Assembly (NCBI GenBank): GCA_963674965.2
Contig: CAXXFL010000001.1
Location: 736,001-800,000, forward strand
Direction of reading: 5' to 3'
Origin: a bacterium
GTDB taxonomy: Bacteria; RBG-13-61-14; DATKZS01
DNA: 64,000 nucleotides
Position numbers and translations under genes: made by a program. Shown here piece after piece: positions 9,568-19,483 of the stretch. Below the pieces are notes generated by a model. It saw only the letters and a program-made list of their open reading frames with translations. It searched no databases and was not told the DNA's origin. Numbering within the stretch: the first letter of the stretch is position 1; the number at the start of each line of letters is the position of its first letter.

Positions 9568-10236
9568 ATGGCGGAAAAAATTCTCTTTTCCTGGAGCGGC
9601 GGCAAGGACAGCTCGATGGGACTATGGCGAATCATGGAAGGCGGCGACTACGAGGTGGAAGCCTTGATGACTACCGTAACCGACGCTTATAACCGCGTCA
9701 GCATCCACGGGGTTCGGCGCGAGCTTTTAAAGGCGCAGGCCGAATCGATCGGCCTTCCTCTTCTCGAGATATCTCTTCCGGGCAAGACGTCGAACGAGGA
9801 ATATGAGGAAATAATGGGCCGGGAGATGGAGAAGGCCAGGCAAAGGGGCGTGTTCAAAGTGGCCTTTTCCGATCTGTACCTCGAGGACGTCCGCGAGTAC
9901 CGGGAAAAAAACCTGGCCCGTGCCCGAATGAAGGCCATCTTCCCCGTGTGGGGGGAGGACACTCTGGCCTTTGCCCATGACTTTATAAAGTCCGGCTTCA
10001 AGGCCGTCATTACCTGCGTTGATACCCGGGCGCTTGAGGCGTCCTTTTCCGGCAGGTTTTTCGATGAGTCCTTTTTAGAAGACTTGCCCGAGGGAGTGGA
10101 CCCCTGCGGAGAAAACGGGGAATTCCATTCCTATGTTTTCGACGGCCCAATTTTCCATAAGTCAATCCAGATTGAACTGGGGGAAAGAGTGCTCAGGGAA
10201 CAGCGGTTCCAATACATTGACGTTCTGGCCGCCTGA
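9568..10236 (+). CDS. Diphthine-ammonia ligase-like / DUF71 PP-loop ATPase
   Basis: SWSGGKDS and DPCGENGEFHSYVFDGPIF; GGAGG RBS before ATG 9568. Confidence 0.9.
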   Translation: MAEKILFSWSGGKDSSMGLWRIMEGGDYEVEALMTTVTDAYNRVSIHGVRRELLKAQAESIGLPLLEISLPGKTSNEEYEEIMGREMEKARQRGVFKVAFSDLYLEDVREYREKNLARARMKAIFPVWGEDTLAFAHDFIKSGFKAVITCVDTRALEASFSGRFFDESFLEDLPEGVDPCGENGEFHSYVFDGPIFHKSIQIELGERVLREQRFQYIDVLAA

Positions 10237-10473
10237 GCGTGGAATGTTTTGCGTCAGGCGTGAAAAAACGCCATCATAGTGAGGGGCCCGTATGGATTTC
10301 TTTCCGGGCGAGGCAAGGCCGCGCGCTTTATTATTCGTTTATTTCGTCATGCCCGCGGCAAACGCCGCTTTAATGGCCGCGGATTGGTTAATCAATTTCT
10401 TTGTCGGCGGGTAACCATGAAAAAAATATCGAGTGGCGCTGAACGGACATGGACGATCAATTAGGAAGGCTTC

Positions 10474-12201
10474 ATGAATAGGACTTGGGCCGGGATTTTT
10501 CTTCTCGTCATGGTGCTGTCGCTCGCCGCTTACGGCCGTTACTCGGGCGCTCCCGTCCGAACCTTCGAGAAGGTAATAGACTCGCGATCCGGCTCGCCTA
10601 TTCGCGTCCAGGTTTTCTTTCCGGCCAAGACCGACGGTTTCGCGGAAAAATCCCGTCCCGCCGTCGTGGCTATCCCTCCTTACAGCATCCATCCCGAGGC
10701 CATGGAGATCATCTGCGCCGAGCTGGCCAGAAGAGGGGCGGCCTGCGCCGTTCCTAATTTTTTCGGCAAGACCCCCGAGGAATCGCGGCAGCACATGGAC
10801 AAGGAGAGCCTCAACATAATGGCTGAGGACGTCTTTACCATCGTCCAGTACCTTCGCTCCCTTCCCTGGGTCGATCCCCGTAAAATTGGCGCCTGCGGCC
10901 ACTCGGTTGGCGGCACGGTGACGACGCTGGTGGGAATAAGGGACCCCAATCTGGCGGCCGCCGTTCCCATCGGCATGGAGTCCATGTTCCTGGAAAAGCG
11001 CCCCCGGAACCTCCTCTTTCTATCCGGACTTTACGACGAGATACACTCGCCCAAGGCCCTGCTTGAAAACCTCAAGGAGCATGAAGTCACGGACAACCCC
11101 CAGCTTGACCAGCTTTACGGGTCCTTTGAAAAAAACAACGCCCGGCAAGTAACGGTTATTCCGACCACCGACCACTTCATCGAGACCTTCGATTATCTTC
11201 TTATTAAAAAGCTTCTTGACTGGTACGCGCGGGCTTTTAACGCGCCCGAGCTCGGCGCCGGACCGCTTGAAGAGTGGTTCAAGAGGGTATCGCAATTCTT
11301 CCTGGCCTTTAGCCTCACGGCGCTATACGCCATGGCTTACGGCGCGTTCGCGAAAAGGATGGCCAGACGCATGGCGGCCTTTAAGCCGTCCTGGCTGATC
11401 CTCCGGATCACCGCCTTGCCGGCGGTTCCCTGTCTTATCGCGGCGTATCTTTTAGGTTTTCATTTTCCCGAGCACAGGTCGCTGGCCATGGACCTTATGA
11501 TATCTCTTATCCTGGGACAGGAGGTTGCCGTGACCATGGCCAGGGGCGAGCTGACTCATCCCGGACGCTCTCCTTTCCGTGCCTGGCGTAGCGCCCTTTT
11601 CATCCTGGCGGCCCTGGGCGTCGGGACCCTTTTAAGCTTCGGCATAGTTACGGCGCCGGACTTTTTCAGGTATGAGGGGACTATCAAATGGTATCCGGTG
11701 TTTTTCGCCAATATGACCTTTCTTTTTCCCATCGAGGTTTGGGGAAGGGCCAAGCCCTTTTTATTCGCCGAATACATAGGAGGGTTTAAGCCGGACCTTT
11801 TATATTTTGCTCTCGCGGCCTTTGCCATGCTTTTCCCCGGACATCTGCTTTGGCTTTTCGAAATCGTGCTCCGAGAGCTGACCTTGACCGTAAGAAGAGG
11901 CCTGAAACCGCTGGCCCCCAAAGGCATGGCGGCTATTCCACTGAAAGAAGAAAAGAATAGCCAAACCATTGATAAAAAAGCGCCGGGCGCTCCCTTCTCT
12001 CCCGTCAAACTCTCTGTTCTCGCGCTTCTGTTTATAATCCTCATTTTTTTTGGAGCCAAAAGAATAAGGGAGGGAATGCTGACGCTCGAGACCTTCTGGC
12101 TGGTCGTGGTGTCCCTTACCCGCTTCGCCGTGCTGCCTTTTATTATCACGTGGCTGATCGTAAGGACCCGAGGATTCAGAAAAATCAGCCTGCTCGATTG
12201 A
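10474..12201 (+). CDS. Alpha/beta hydrolase with N-terminal signal anchor and C-terminal multi-pass membrane domain
   Basis: GHSVGG nucleophile elbow; candidate Asp (GLYDE) and His (TDHF); hydrophobic C-terminal half. Confidence 0.75.
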   Translation: MNRTWAGIFLLVMVLSLAAYGRYSGAPVRTFEKVIDSRSGSPIRVQVFFPAKTDGFAEKSRPAVVAIPPYSIHPEAMEIICAELARRGAACAVPNFFGKTPEESRQHMDKESLNIMAEDVFTIVQYLRSLPWVDPRKIGACGHSVGGTVTTLVGIRDPNLAAAVPIGMESMFLEKRPRNLLFLSGLYDEIHSPKALLENLKEHEVTDNPQLDQLYGSFEKNNARQVTVIPTTDHFIETFDYLLIKKLLDWYARAFNAPELGAGPLEEWFKRVSQFFLAFSLTALYAMAYGAFAKRMARRMAAFKPSWLILRITALPAVPCLIAAYLLGFHFPEHRSLAMDLMISLILGQEVAVTMARGELTHPGRSPFRAWRSALFILAALGVGTLLSFGIVTAPDFFRYEGTIKWYPVFFANMTFLFPIEVWGRAKPFLFAEYIGGFKPDLLYFALAAFAMLFPGHLLWLFEIVLRELTLTVRRGLKPLAPKGMAAIPLKEEKNSQTIDKKAPGAPFSPVKLSVLALLFIILIFFGAKRIREGMLTLETFWLVVVSLTRFAVLPFIITWLIVRTRGFRKISLLD

Positions 12202-12317
12202 ACTCTTTTGCCGCGCCTATAAAGGGATGGACCGGAAGGTAAATTCTTTTGCTTTCAGAGGCCAAGGCGTCTATTATAATAAGATTATGAAGTCCCCGAT
12301 ACAAAGAGGTATTTTGT

Positions 12318-13307
12318 ATGCCGGCCAATAAAAAGCGGCTTCTGGGATTGGACCTGGTGGGCCGCGATCTCGAGGCGGTCGAGTCCCTTCTGGCCGAGGA
12401 AACCCGGTCCGAGGTTCAACTGGTAATCGACGTTTCGCGTCATATCCTGGACAGCGGCGGCAAGCGTTTTCGTCCCATGCTCACTCTCCTGGTCGGTCGC
12501 ATGCTCGGGCTTAGACGCAAGAAGGAGCTTATCTGTTACGCCGCCGGGATCGAGTTTGCCCATACCTCGACTCTTCTCCATGACGACGTAATCGACGAGG
12601 GCGAAGTTAGAAGAGGCAAGATAAGCGCCAACCGCGCCTTTGGCAATTCCCCCTCCATCATCGTGGGCGATTACGTCCTGTTCAAGGGTTTCTCCTTGAT
12701 GGTCAGGGGGAAAAACATGGAGGTCTTGAAAATCATCTCCAACGTGGCCGTGCAGATGGCGGAGGGAGAGGCCTACCAGCTTACTCAGAAGTCCAGGATC
12801 GACCTTGGCGAGAAGGAGTACGAAAAAATAATCCGGGGCAAAACGGCCCTCCTTATCCAGGCGGCCTGCGAGATTCCGGCCATCGCCGCGGGGGCCACGC
12901 CAAAACAAGCTAATTGCGCGGGAAAGTTCGGCTATTTGCTGGGGCTGGCCTTCCAGATCGCCGACGACGTGCTGGATTACTCGGCCACCGACAAGGGCTG
13001 GGGCAAGAAGGTGGGCCAGGATTTCCTGGAGGGCAAGACCACCCTGCCCTTGATTTTCACCTACCAGGCCGCCTCCAAGAACGAGCGGGAAGAACTGAAA
13101 GCTCTCTATAAAAAACCTTCCCGTACCCGGGAAGATTTTCAAAGGGTCATGGAACTTATCGCAAAGTATGACGCGCTGAACAAATCCAAGGCTCGCGCCA
13201 TGGCTCACGTGGAAGAAGGCAAAAAGCAACTTCAGGTCTTTCCGGACAACGCCGCTCGGCGGGCCCTTTCGGACCTGGCCGATTACGTGGTTGAAAGGGT
13301 GATATAA
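12318..13307 (+). CDS. ispB: Polyprenyl diphosphate synthase (IspB-like)
   Basis: GGKRFRP, LLHDDVID...RRG (FARM), FQIADDVLD (SARM), DFLEGKTTLP. Confidence 0.9.
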   Translation: MPANKKRLLGLDLVGRDLEAVESLLAEETRSEVQLVIDVSRHILDSGGKRFRPMLTLLVGRMLGLRRKKELICYAAGIEFAHTSTLLHDDVIDEGEVRRGKISANRAFGNSPSIIVGDYVLFKGFSLMVRGKNMEVLKIISNVAVQMAEGEAYQLTQKSRIDLGEKEYEKIIRGKTALLIQAACEIPAIAAGATPKQANCAGKFGYLLGLAFQIADDVLDYSATDKGWGKKVGQDFLEGKTTLPLIFTYQAASKNEREELKALYKKPSRTREDFQRVMELIAKYDALNKSKARAMAHVEEGKKQLQVFPDNAARRALSDLADYVVERVI

Positions 13308-13509
13308 GGGAAATCACCGGAGGTTTATCGAGCCCGGCCTAATTCATCCTGATTCTGCCGCTTGTCGATAAGGACAGCGCGCCGGTATTGACAGCCAAAA
13401 ACAACCAGGGCCCCGGAAGCGCAATACTTCGCGGGGCCCTTATTGCGGCCTTCAGCCCACTCGAGGTGGGGATATGGATTGTTGGCGGGCCTTGGGCTGA
13501 ACCCGGAAA

Positions 13510-14082
13510 TCACATGAGATTTTGCAGCGCCATGAGGAACATCATGTCGCCCGAGAACTGCATCTTGCCGCCCATGACCAGGGTTTGGCCGTCCACTTCC
13601 TTGCTTTGCATGGCCGCCCAGTCGCTCAGGCTCAGCTTGATGACGCTCTCCGGCGAGGCGGCCCCGTTAAAGACCATGGCCAGTTTGGCGATGGAGCCGT
13701 CCGGTTTGGTAAGCTCCGCCTTGAGAGTGCCGCTCGTGGATTGAAGCGCCGCGTAGCGGGCCGCGTCCGCCGCCTGCTGAGGGTCGGTAAATTGATCCAT
13801 GCCCGCCTCGATCTTGCCCGTGACCGAGTCCCGCCAGAAATCCTCGGATATCTGGATGCCCAGCATGGGCTTTTCAATGCCGCCCTCGATTATCTCGAGG
13901 TCCTTGCCGTCTTTGACCTTGAGACAATATTTTTTTCCGTCCACGTCGAACTGGAGGGTGAAATCTTTGCCCGCCATGACCGACATGTCCGCGCCCTCGA
14001 GTGTCTCCTTGAACTGCCTGGGCACTAAGTCCTTGAAGAAGTCATCCACGCTGATGTTTTCCGGCGCCTGGAACATTGCCAT
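13510..14082 (-). CDS. SCP2 sterol/lipid-binding domain protein
   Basis: TLQFDVDG, and C-terminal DGQTLVMGGKMQFSGDMMFLM SCP2 signature. Confidence 0.8.
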   Translation of the reverse strand: MAMFQAPENISVDDFFKDLVPRQFKETLEGADMSVMAGKDFTLQFDVDGKKYCLKVKDGKDLEIIEGGIEKPMLGIQISEDFWRDSVTGKIEAGMDQFTDPQQAADAARYAALQSTSGTLKAELTKPDGSIAKLAMVFNGAASPESVIKLSLSDWAAMQSKEVDGQTLVMGGKMQFSGDMMFLMALQNLM

Positions 14083-14254
14083 TTTTTTCCTCCCTGCAAC
14101 ATAATTATTGGAGCGTTATTTTTACGCTCGTTAAAGTATAGGGCCGGATCAGTCGATTGTCAACGGTTTTTTTAACGAAAGTTTAAAAATAGCGGGGCTG
14201 ATTCATGAAACACATTTTAAAACGGCGCCTTACTTGAAAATATAACGCGACTCG

Positions 14255-14731
14255 TCAATAGACGTTGATCTGGGCCAGAGCGTCGCAGCGCGAGTTATTG
14301 TTCTCGTTTGACTCGTCGTGATCGGACCAAAAGTCAATGTAGCCGCATACGTAATATACTCCTACCGGCGTACCGGCCAGCACCGGGCAGGAAGCGTTGG
14401 CCGTAAAGCTTTCCCCCGCGTGCAGGTCTTCCGAATACGAATTGTAGCACTCAAGTATATCCGAGCTGGGCCAGTAGCATTCAGCGTCGGTCGAGAAAAA
14501 CAAGCCCACGTCATAGAACGAAACATAAGCGTTGCCGGCGTTTTTGGCGGTATAGTTTACGAAAAAATTCTGCCCTACAGTCGCGTTGAGCGTATAATTG
14601 TGAAAGGAAGTAATCGTCAGATCGCTGTAAAAAGCCGGCCCATCGGGCGTGTCACCCTCCCCCTCCCCGCAGCTAAGACAGCAGAAAATGGCGCATAGGA
14701 CGATGATGAAATGATACTTGATTTTTGACAT
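14255..14731 (-). CDS. Lipoprotein with CARDB/Ig-like domain
   Basis: Lipobox LSC; DLTI...VNYTAKNAG...GVYYV...DESNENNN. Confidence 0.75.
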   Translation of the reverse strand: MSKIKYHFIIVLCAIFCCLSCGEGEGDTPDGPAFYSDLTITSFHNYTLNATVGQNFFVNYTAKNAGNAYVSFYDVGLFFSTDAECYWPSSDILECYNSYSEDLHAGESFTANASCPVLAGTPVGVYYVCGYIDFWSDHDESNENNNSRCDALAQINVY

Positions 14732-15105
14732 GCTTCGCCTCCTGTTTCATGCAAGATAAAATTTCCCCGGAGTCAGGATGATAACCATCCCCACGCCCGT
14801 AAAGCTCCTTTGCATGGCTCGACGCCTCGGTGATTGTACAAATGGTAAAACATTACTTAACAAAAGGCAATGCACTATTATGAAAGGGGTCTCAAATCCT
14901 GAAAAGTTAATGGAACCGCGCTGAAAAATTTTTTACCAAACCGCGCTCCGATAAAAATCTTTTTAAAAATTGTTCCCCTCCCCTTGATATGGACCCAATA
15001 TTGTGTTTTATTCCATGAATACAAAAGCTTAACCCCAAGGGAAAAGCGAAGGCCCTTGCCTTGACGGCTTTTCGGGACGGCATATTTACCCTGGAGGAAA
15101 TATCC

Positions 15106-16521
15106 ATGAATCAGGAGCCGCAAAATTTAGCGCAAAATCAGTACATGACGACCAACCAGGTGATCCGGGTTATCCAGGAGCATCTGGAGAAGTCCGAGGT
15201 CGAGGAAGCCGCCAAGCTTTACAGCCATTGCCAGGAAGACGTGGGATATCTTCTGATGACGAGGATGCCCCGCGAGAGGCCGCTCCAGGCCAAGATGGCC
15301 AAGATGTTCTTCGCGGCCAAGGACTACGAAAAGGCCGCGCTGGTACTCGAGGCCAACGAGGAGTATAAAAGGGCGGCCGAGCTTTACGAGCGGACCGATC
15401 AGTTCGAGAACGCGGCTGAAATGTGGCTCAAGATAGGAGAGCCCAAACGGGCGGCCCACAACCACGAGAAGAACGGGGCCTGGCAGAACGCGGCCGAAAT
15501 CTACACCCAGCTCGGGGACTACGAGCGGGCGGCCTATTGCTTCGAGAAGGCCATCAACCACTACCTTGCGGGCAAGTATTATTACCAGCTCAACAAATTC
15601 CAGAAATCCATGGAGCTTCTCCAGAAGATCAAGGAGGATGAGGAGCACTACCTCGAGGCGACCTCCATGATCGCCAACATCCTGGCCATGCACGGATACC
15701 TGGACATGGCCATCGCCAAGTATAAAAGCGTGTCCAAGAGCGTTCCCCTCTCTGGAGCTTCCCTTTCGGTTTATTACAACCTCGCCCAACTTGACGAGAA
15801 AAAGGGCGACCTGGGCGAGGCCCTCCAGTATTACCGCGACGTCGCCTCGGTGGACTCCTCTTACAAGGACGTGCAAAAAAGGATCGCCGATTTGTCCGAA
15901 AAGATTTCGGACGATAAGGCCGTCGACTTTTCCGAGGAGGAAGAGGGGGGCGAGGACATGCTCGAGATGCTCGAGAGCCAGCCCATCGCGGAGGACGTCC
16001 TGCCGATGGGGGCCCTTAGCGAGTACGCTCAGGCCCAGCAGACCAAGATCGTGAGCGTCATGGACGGCTTCGAGTTCCTTAAGAACACGTCTCTTTTCGA
16101 CCGCCTCTCCTTAACGGAGATGAAACGCTTGTGGAACATCTGCGAGGTGCAAGACTTCGGACCCGACGAGATAATAATCGAGCAGGACGAGCCGGGCCAG
16201 GGCCTTTTCATCGTCAAGTGGGGCAAGGTGATCGTGCAGAGGATCGAGGGCGACAAGGTAACGAACCTTGTTCAACTCGGTGAGGGCGCCCACGTGGGCG
16301 AGATGTCCCTGGTAGACATGGCGCCCACCTCGGCCCGGGTCATCGCGGGCCAGGACGGCGCCCAGGTTTTCGCCATGACGCCGCAGAGGTTCGAGGACCT
16401 GCTCGAGTCCGACCAGCGCATCGCCATCAAGGTCTACCGCGTGTTCGCGGAAACCTTTTGCCAGCGGCTTCGAAAGACCACGGCCGAGCTTTCGGCCCTC
16501 AAGGCCAAGGTGGGAGATTGA
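15106..16521 (+). CDS. TPR-repeat protein with C-terminal cyclic nucleotide-binding domain
   Basis: Repeated AAELYE/AAEMW/AAYCFE helices; IIEQDEPGQGLFIV...GEMSLVDMAPTSARV; GGAGG RBS. Confidence 0.88.
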   Translation: MNQEPQNLAQNQYMTTNQVIRVIQEHLEKSEVEEAAKLYSHCQEDVGYLLMTRMPRERPLQAKMAKMFFAAKDYEKAALVLEANEEYKRAAELYERTDQFENAAEMWLKIGEPKRAAHNHEKNGAWQNAAEIYTQLGDYERAAYCFEKAINHYLAGKYYYQLNKFQKSMELLQKIKEDEEHYLEATSMIANILAMHGYLDMAIAKYKSVSKSVPLSGASLSVYYNLAQLDEKKGDLGEALQYYRDVASVDSSYKDVQKRIADLSEKISDDKAVDFSEEEEGGEDMLEMLESQPIAEDVLPMGALSEYAQAQQTKIVSVMDGFEFLKNTSLFDRLSLTEMKRLWNICEVQDFGPDEIIIEQDEPGQGLFIVKWGKVIVQRIEGDKVTNLVQLGEGAHVGEMSLVDMAPTSARVIAGQDGAQVFAMTPQRFEDLLESDQRIAIKVYRVFAETFCQRLRKTTAELSALKAKVGD

Positions 16522-17156
16522 GGATACGTATTTTTGTCTCGCTGTCGGCCGCGATACTCGTCGCGGCCATGCTCGGGCCGTCATGCAAAAAGGAGAAGCG
16601 GCCGGTCCCCGGCGCGTCGAACTCCTTCAGCTATACCGCCGTCCCCGCCAGGGAGGAGCGGGACCGCGTCTTTCAGCGGGTCGAGGTCAAACGCGACGGC
16701 GAAAGGTTCAGCTATAAAGTCCTCGAGTACAATCCCTCGGCCCACTCGGATTATACTCCCACCTTGTGGATACTCCACGACGGTAAAAAGCTTTATCGTT
16801 TTTATGGCGACCAGGAACTCACGTCCGAGGAAAGCCCGGACGACGAGTGGCTCGAGCACTTGGGCCGGGCCATCATCAATCCCGTCTGGGAGCGGCACCT
16901 CGAGGACATGCAAGGCAAAATCCAAACCGAGCGAGTGGAAGAGATAGTGGTGCAAGGAGAAATAGTCAAGAGGTATAAGGTGGCCATGGCGGCTTCCACC
17001 AATCTTCTGGCCGTGCTCGGCGAGGACGACATGGTCTATTACGACGTGAATCAAGACGGCCTCATCCTCCGGGCCGGACCAATGGAGTTGACGAAGGTTA
17101 AGCTGGACCCGGAATTTTCGCCCCTCGATTTTTGCCCGCCATCTTCAGATGAATAG
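16518..17156 (+). CDS. Hypothetical lipoprotein
   Basis: TTG start overlaps the upstream TGA; signal peptide ending LGPSC. Confidence 0.7.
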   Translation: MRIRIFVSLSAAILVAAMLGPSCKKEKRPVPGASNSFSYTAVPAREERDRVFQRVEVKRDGERFSYKVLEYNPSAHSDYTPTLWILHDGKKLYRFYGDQELTSEESPDDEWLEHLGRAIINPVWERHLEDMQGKIQTERVEEIVVQGEIVKRYKVAMAASTNLLAVLGEDDMVYYDVNQDGLILRAGPMELTKVKLDPEFSPLDFCPPSSDE

Positions 17157-17351
17157 CGGCAACCCTCAAAATGCCAGGATAGGATGAAGCGCTCTTGGCG
17201 GCCATTACCCTTCGATCGTGAGGACGTCGCAGTACATCTCATGTTTGAATGAAAAACAGTTGATCCTTCCGGATTATGGCGCTATTGTAATTATTGACCA
17301 ATATTGAGCCAAGCGGTTGGCTGTATCTTGCAATGTGAGGAGGGGCTTGAA

Positions 17352-17750
17352 TTGAAAGAGATAATAAATAAATTTTACCGGCTTAGATACGATGAAAAGG
17401 AAAACCGCGTTTATTTCGATTGTATGGGAAACTGGACTTCCCGTGAGGTTACGCCCGATTTCGTCAAGGACTGGGAGACCATAATCGAGAATTGCAAGAC
17501 AGGCTGGACTATTATCGGAGACCTCAGGAAAGTCGAATATTTATCCGATGACGCCCAGGCGTGGCACGCGGAGGCTCAAAAAAAATGCATGGAAAACGGC
17601 GTAAGAAAAGTCGCCCAGGTGGCGCCCATGGAAACGGCGGCGACTTGTATAGCGTTCTCGAGGCAGTCCGGCATGAAAAAAGTCCTATGGGCTTTTACCA
17701 AGCCTGAAGACGCCATCGAATGGCTGGACGACAAAATCAGCTTTGATTAA
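17352..17750 (+). CDS. Hypothetical SpoIIAA/STAS-like small protein
   Basis: IGDLRK...KVAQV...FTKPEDAIEWL ending; GAGGAGG RBS before TTG 17352. Confidence 0.65.
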   Translation: MKEIINKFYRLRYDEKENRVYFDCMGNWTSREVTPDFVKDWETIIENCKTGWTIIGDLRKVEYLSDDAQAWHAEAQKKCMENGVRKVAQVAPMETAATCIAFSRQSGMKKVLWAFTKPEDAIEWLDDKISFD

Positions 17751-17923
17751 TTTATCGAGATAATTCCCTTTTTTTGGCGCCGTCCGCGAACTTCTCCGGC
17801 TTCGCGGACGTTATTACTCCTTGGGCTGGACGCGTGGACCTGGAGGTATTAAAGCCGATTCCGTCTATTGTCCGGTCCTTTCAGCGGCAAAGAACGTCTT
17901 CCGGGCGCTACGTGAAAAATCCC

Positions 17924-17950
17924 TCAAGTTATTCCCCTTCGATCCGATAA
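17924..17950 (+). promoter_or_regulatory. Putative sigma28 (FliA) promoter
   Basis: TCAA-N15-TCCGATAA, 40 bp upstream of ATG 17990. Confidence 0.6.
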
Positions 17951-17989
17951 GCTTATTTGATAGGGCCATCAGGCGTTGGAGGTCTTGCC

Positions 17990-19081
17990 ATGATAATAAG
18001 CTCGTCGGAAATAACTCTTTCCAGTTCGCGCGTCTTCGCTTCCCACTCGGAGCAAAAAACCTCGGCCCGCGTCTGGAGGGGCGCTCCTCCAGCCGGGGAG
18101 TACGATAATCGGACCGGCGGGGCAAGCGGTCCCGAGAAATCTTCATCATCGCTCCTTAAAGCCGACCTGGTCGAGATATCCAAAGCGGCTCAAAGCTCTT
18201 GGTTCGAGTCGGTCTCCGAGGTCAATAAAAAGGATGAGCCGGCCATGGATTCCCGCGAGCTTTTCAAGGCTCGCCTGCTGAAGGCCCTGCTTGAAAAAGC
18301 CACGGGCAAGAAAATCGAGATTTACCTTCCCGACAACCTGGAGAACGCTGAAGGTAAGGAGGAGAGCCGGCCGGAGAGCGGGGGAGGAACGACTTCTCCC
18401 CCGCTCCTTGGCTGGGGAATCGAGGTCCATAGCCTCGAGACCCGGGCCGAGGTGGAGATTACCGAGTTCAAAGGACAAGGAGTCGTCACCACCGCCGACG
18501 GCCGACGGATAAAGTTCTCGGTCACGGCGGGGATGAGCCGGGAATGGCTTGAAACGAGCGAGACCACCATCAGGATGGGTGACGCTGCCCGACTCGCCGA
18601 CCCCCTGGCCATAAGCTTCGAGGGGGCCGTGACCGATCTGACCGAGCAAAAATACGACTTCGATCTTAACGCCGACGGCGAGGTGGAAAGGATTTCATTC
18701 CTCCAGGAGGGCGCCGCCTTCCTGGCCATCGACCACAATGGTGACGGGACCATTAACGACGGCTCCGAGCTTTTCGGTCCCACCACCGGCGATGGATGGG
18801 CCGAGCTGGTCAGGTACGACAAGGACGAGAACGGCTGGATCGACGAGGCCGACTCGATCTACTCGAGCCTTAAGTTATGGTCGAAATCGGCGGCGGGCGA
18901 GGACAAGGTTTACTCGCTTTACGAAAAAGAAGTAGGGGCCATTTACCTGGGAAACGTCGACACGGCCTTCGACCTTCGCGACGCGGGCAATACTCTCGAG
19001 GGCAAAGTCCGGACCTCGGGAGTGTATCTCAATGAGGACGGCTCGGCCGGGGTAATCCAGCAGGTGGACCTGGCGGTATAG
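17990..19081 (+). CDS. Conserved hypothetical protein with DxxxDG calcium-binding-like loops
   Basis: DPLAISF, FDLNADG, FLAIDHNGDGTINDGSELFG, YDKDENGWIDEAD, C-terminal QQVDLAV; GGAGG RBS. Confidence 0.8.
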   Translation: MIISSSEITLSSSRVFASHSEQKTSARVWRGAPPAGEYDNRTGGASGPEKSSSSLLKADLVEISKAAQSSWFESVSEVNKKDEPAMDSRELFKARLLKALLEKATGKKIEIYLPDNLENAEGKEESRPESGGGTTSPPLLGWGIEVHSLETRAEVEITEFKGQGVVTTADGRRIKFSVTAGMSREWLETSETTIRMGDAARLADPLAISFEGAVTDLTEQKYDFDLNADGEVERISFLQEGAAFLAIDHNGDGTINDGSELFGPTTGDGWAELVRYDKDENGWIDEADSIYSSLKLWSKSAAGEDKVYSLYEKEVGAIYLGNVDTAFDLRDAGNTLEGKVRTSGVYLNEDGSAGVIQQVDLAV

Positions 19082-19483
19082 GCCGGCCCAGCCGGCAATA
19101 TTAGCTCAGGCTAATCTAATAAATAGCTTTTATTATTTTCTTTAACCGACAAAATAAATCGGATTTACCTTTTTTGTCCGTATCCCTCTCGGCTTAACGC
19201 TAAAATCTCGATTAAGCGCATTTTTATTTCTAAATTAATTACTTGTGATATTAGGGCCTTAAGCGGCAACCTGGACGGGCCGAGCACTTTTTTATTAAAA
19301 CCGCTTGAAATTTCGTCAAAAAACCCCGATAATAAACGTCTGTTCAAGGGAAGTTTTTAAAGGTCTTTCGGTAGTTCTTCTTTTATTCAAATTGCACTTC
19401 AGCGTCTTTACGTCACCGGTGACGTCCCTTTACCGATCGCGGTTTTCCCAATCTTTTTTCTTTAAAATGGAGGATTGTAAAAA

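Noticed and set aside
14732-15105. c-di-GMP or other riboswitch
   Set aside because: No recognisable consensus on either strand.
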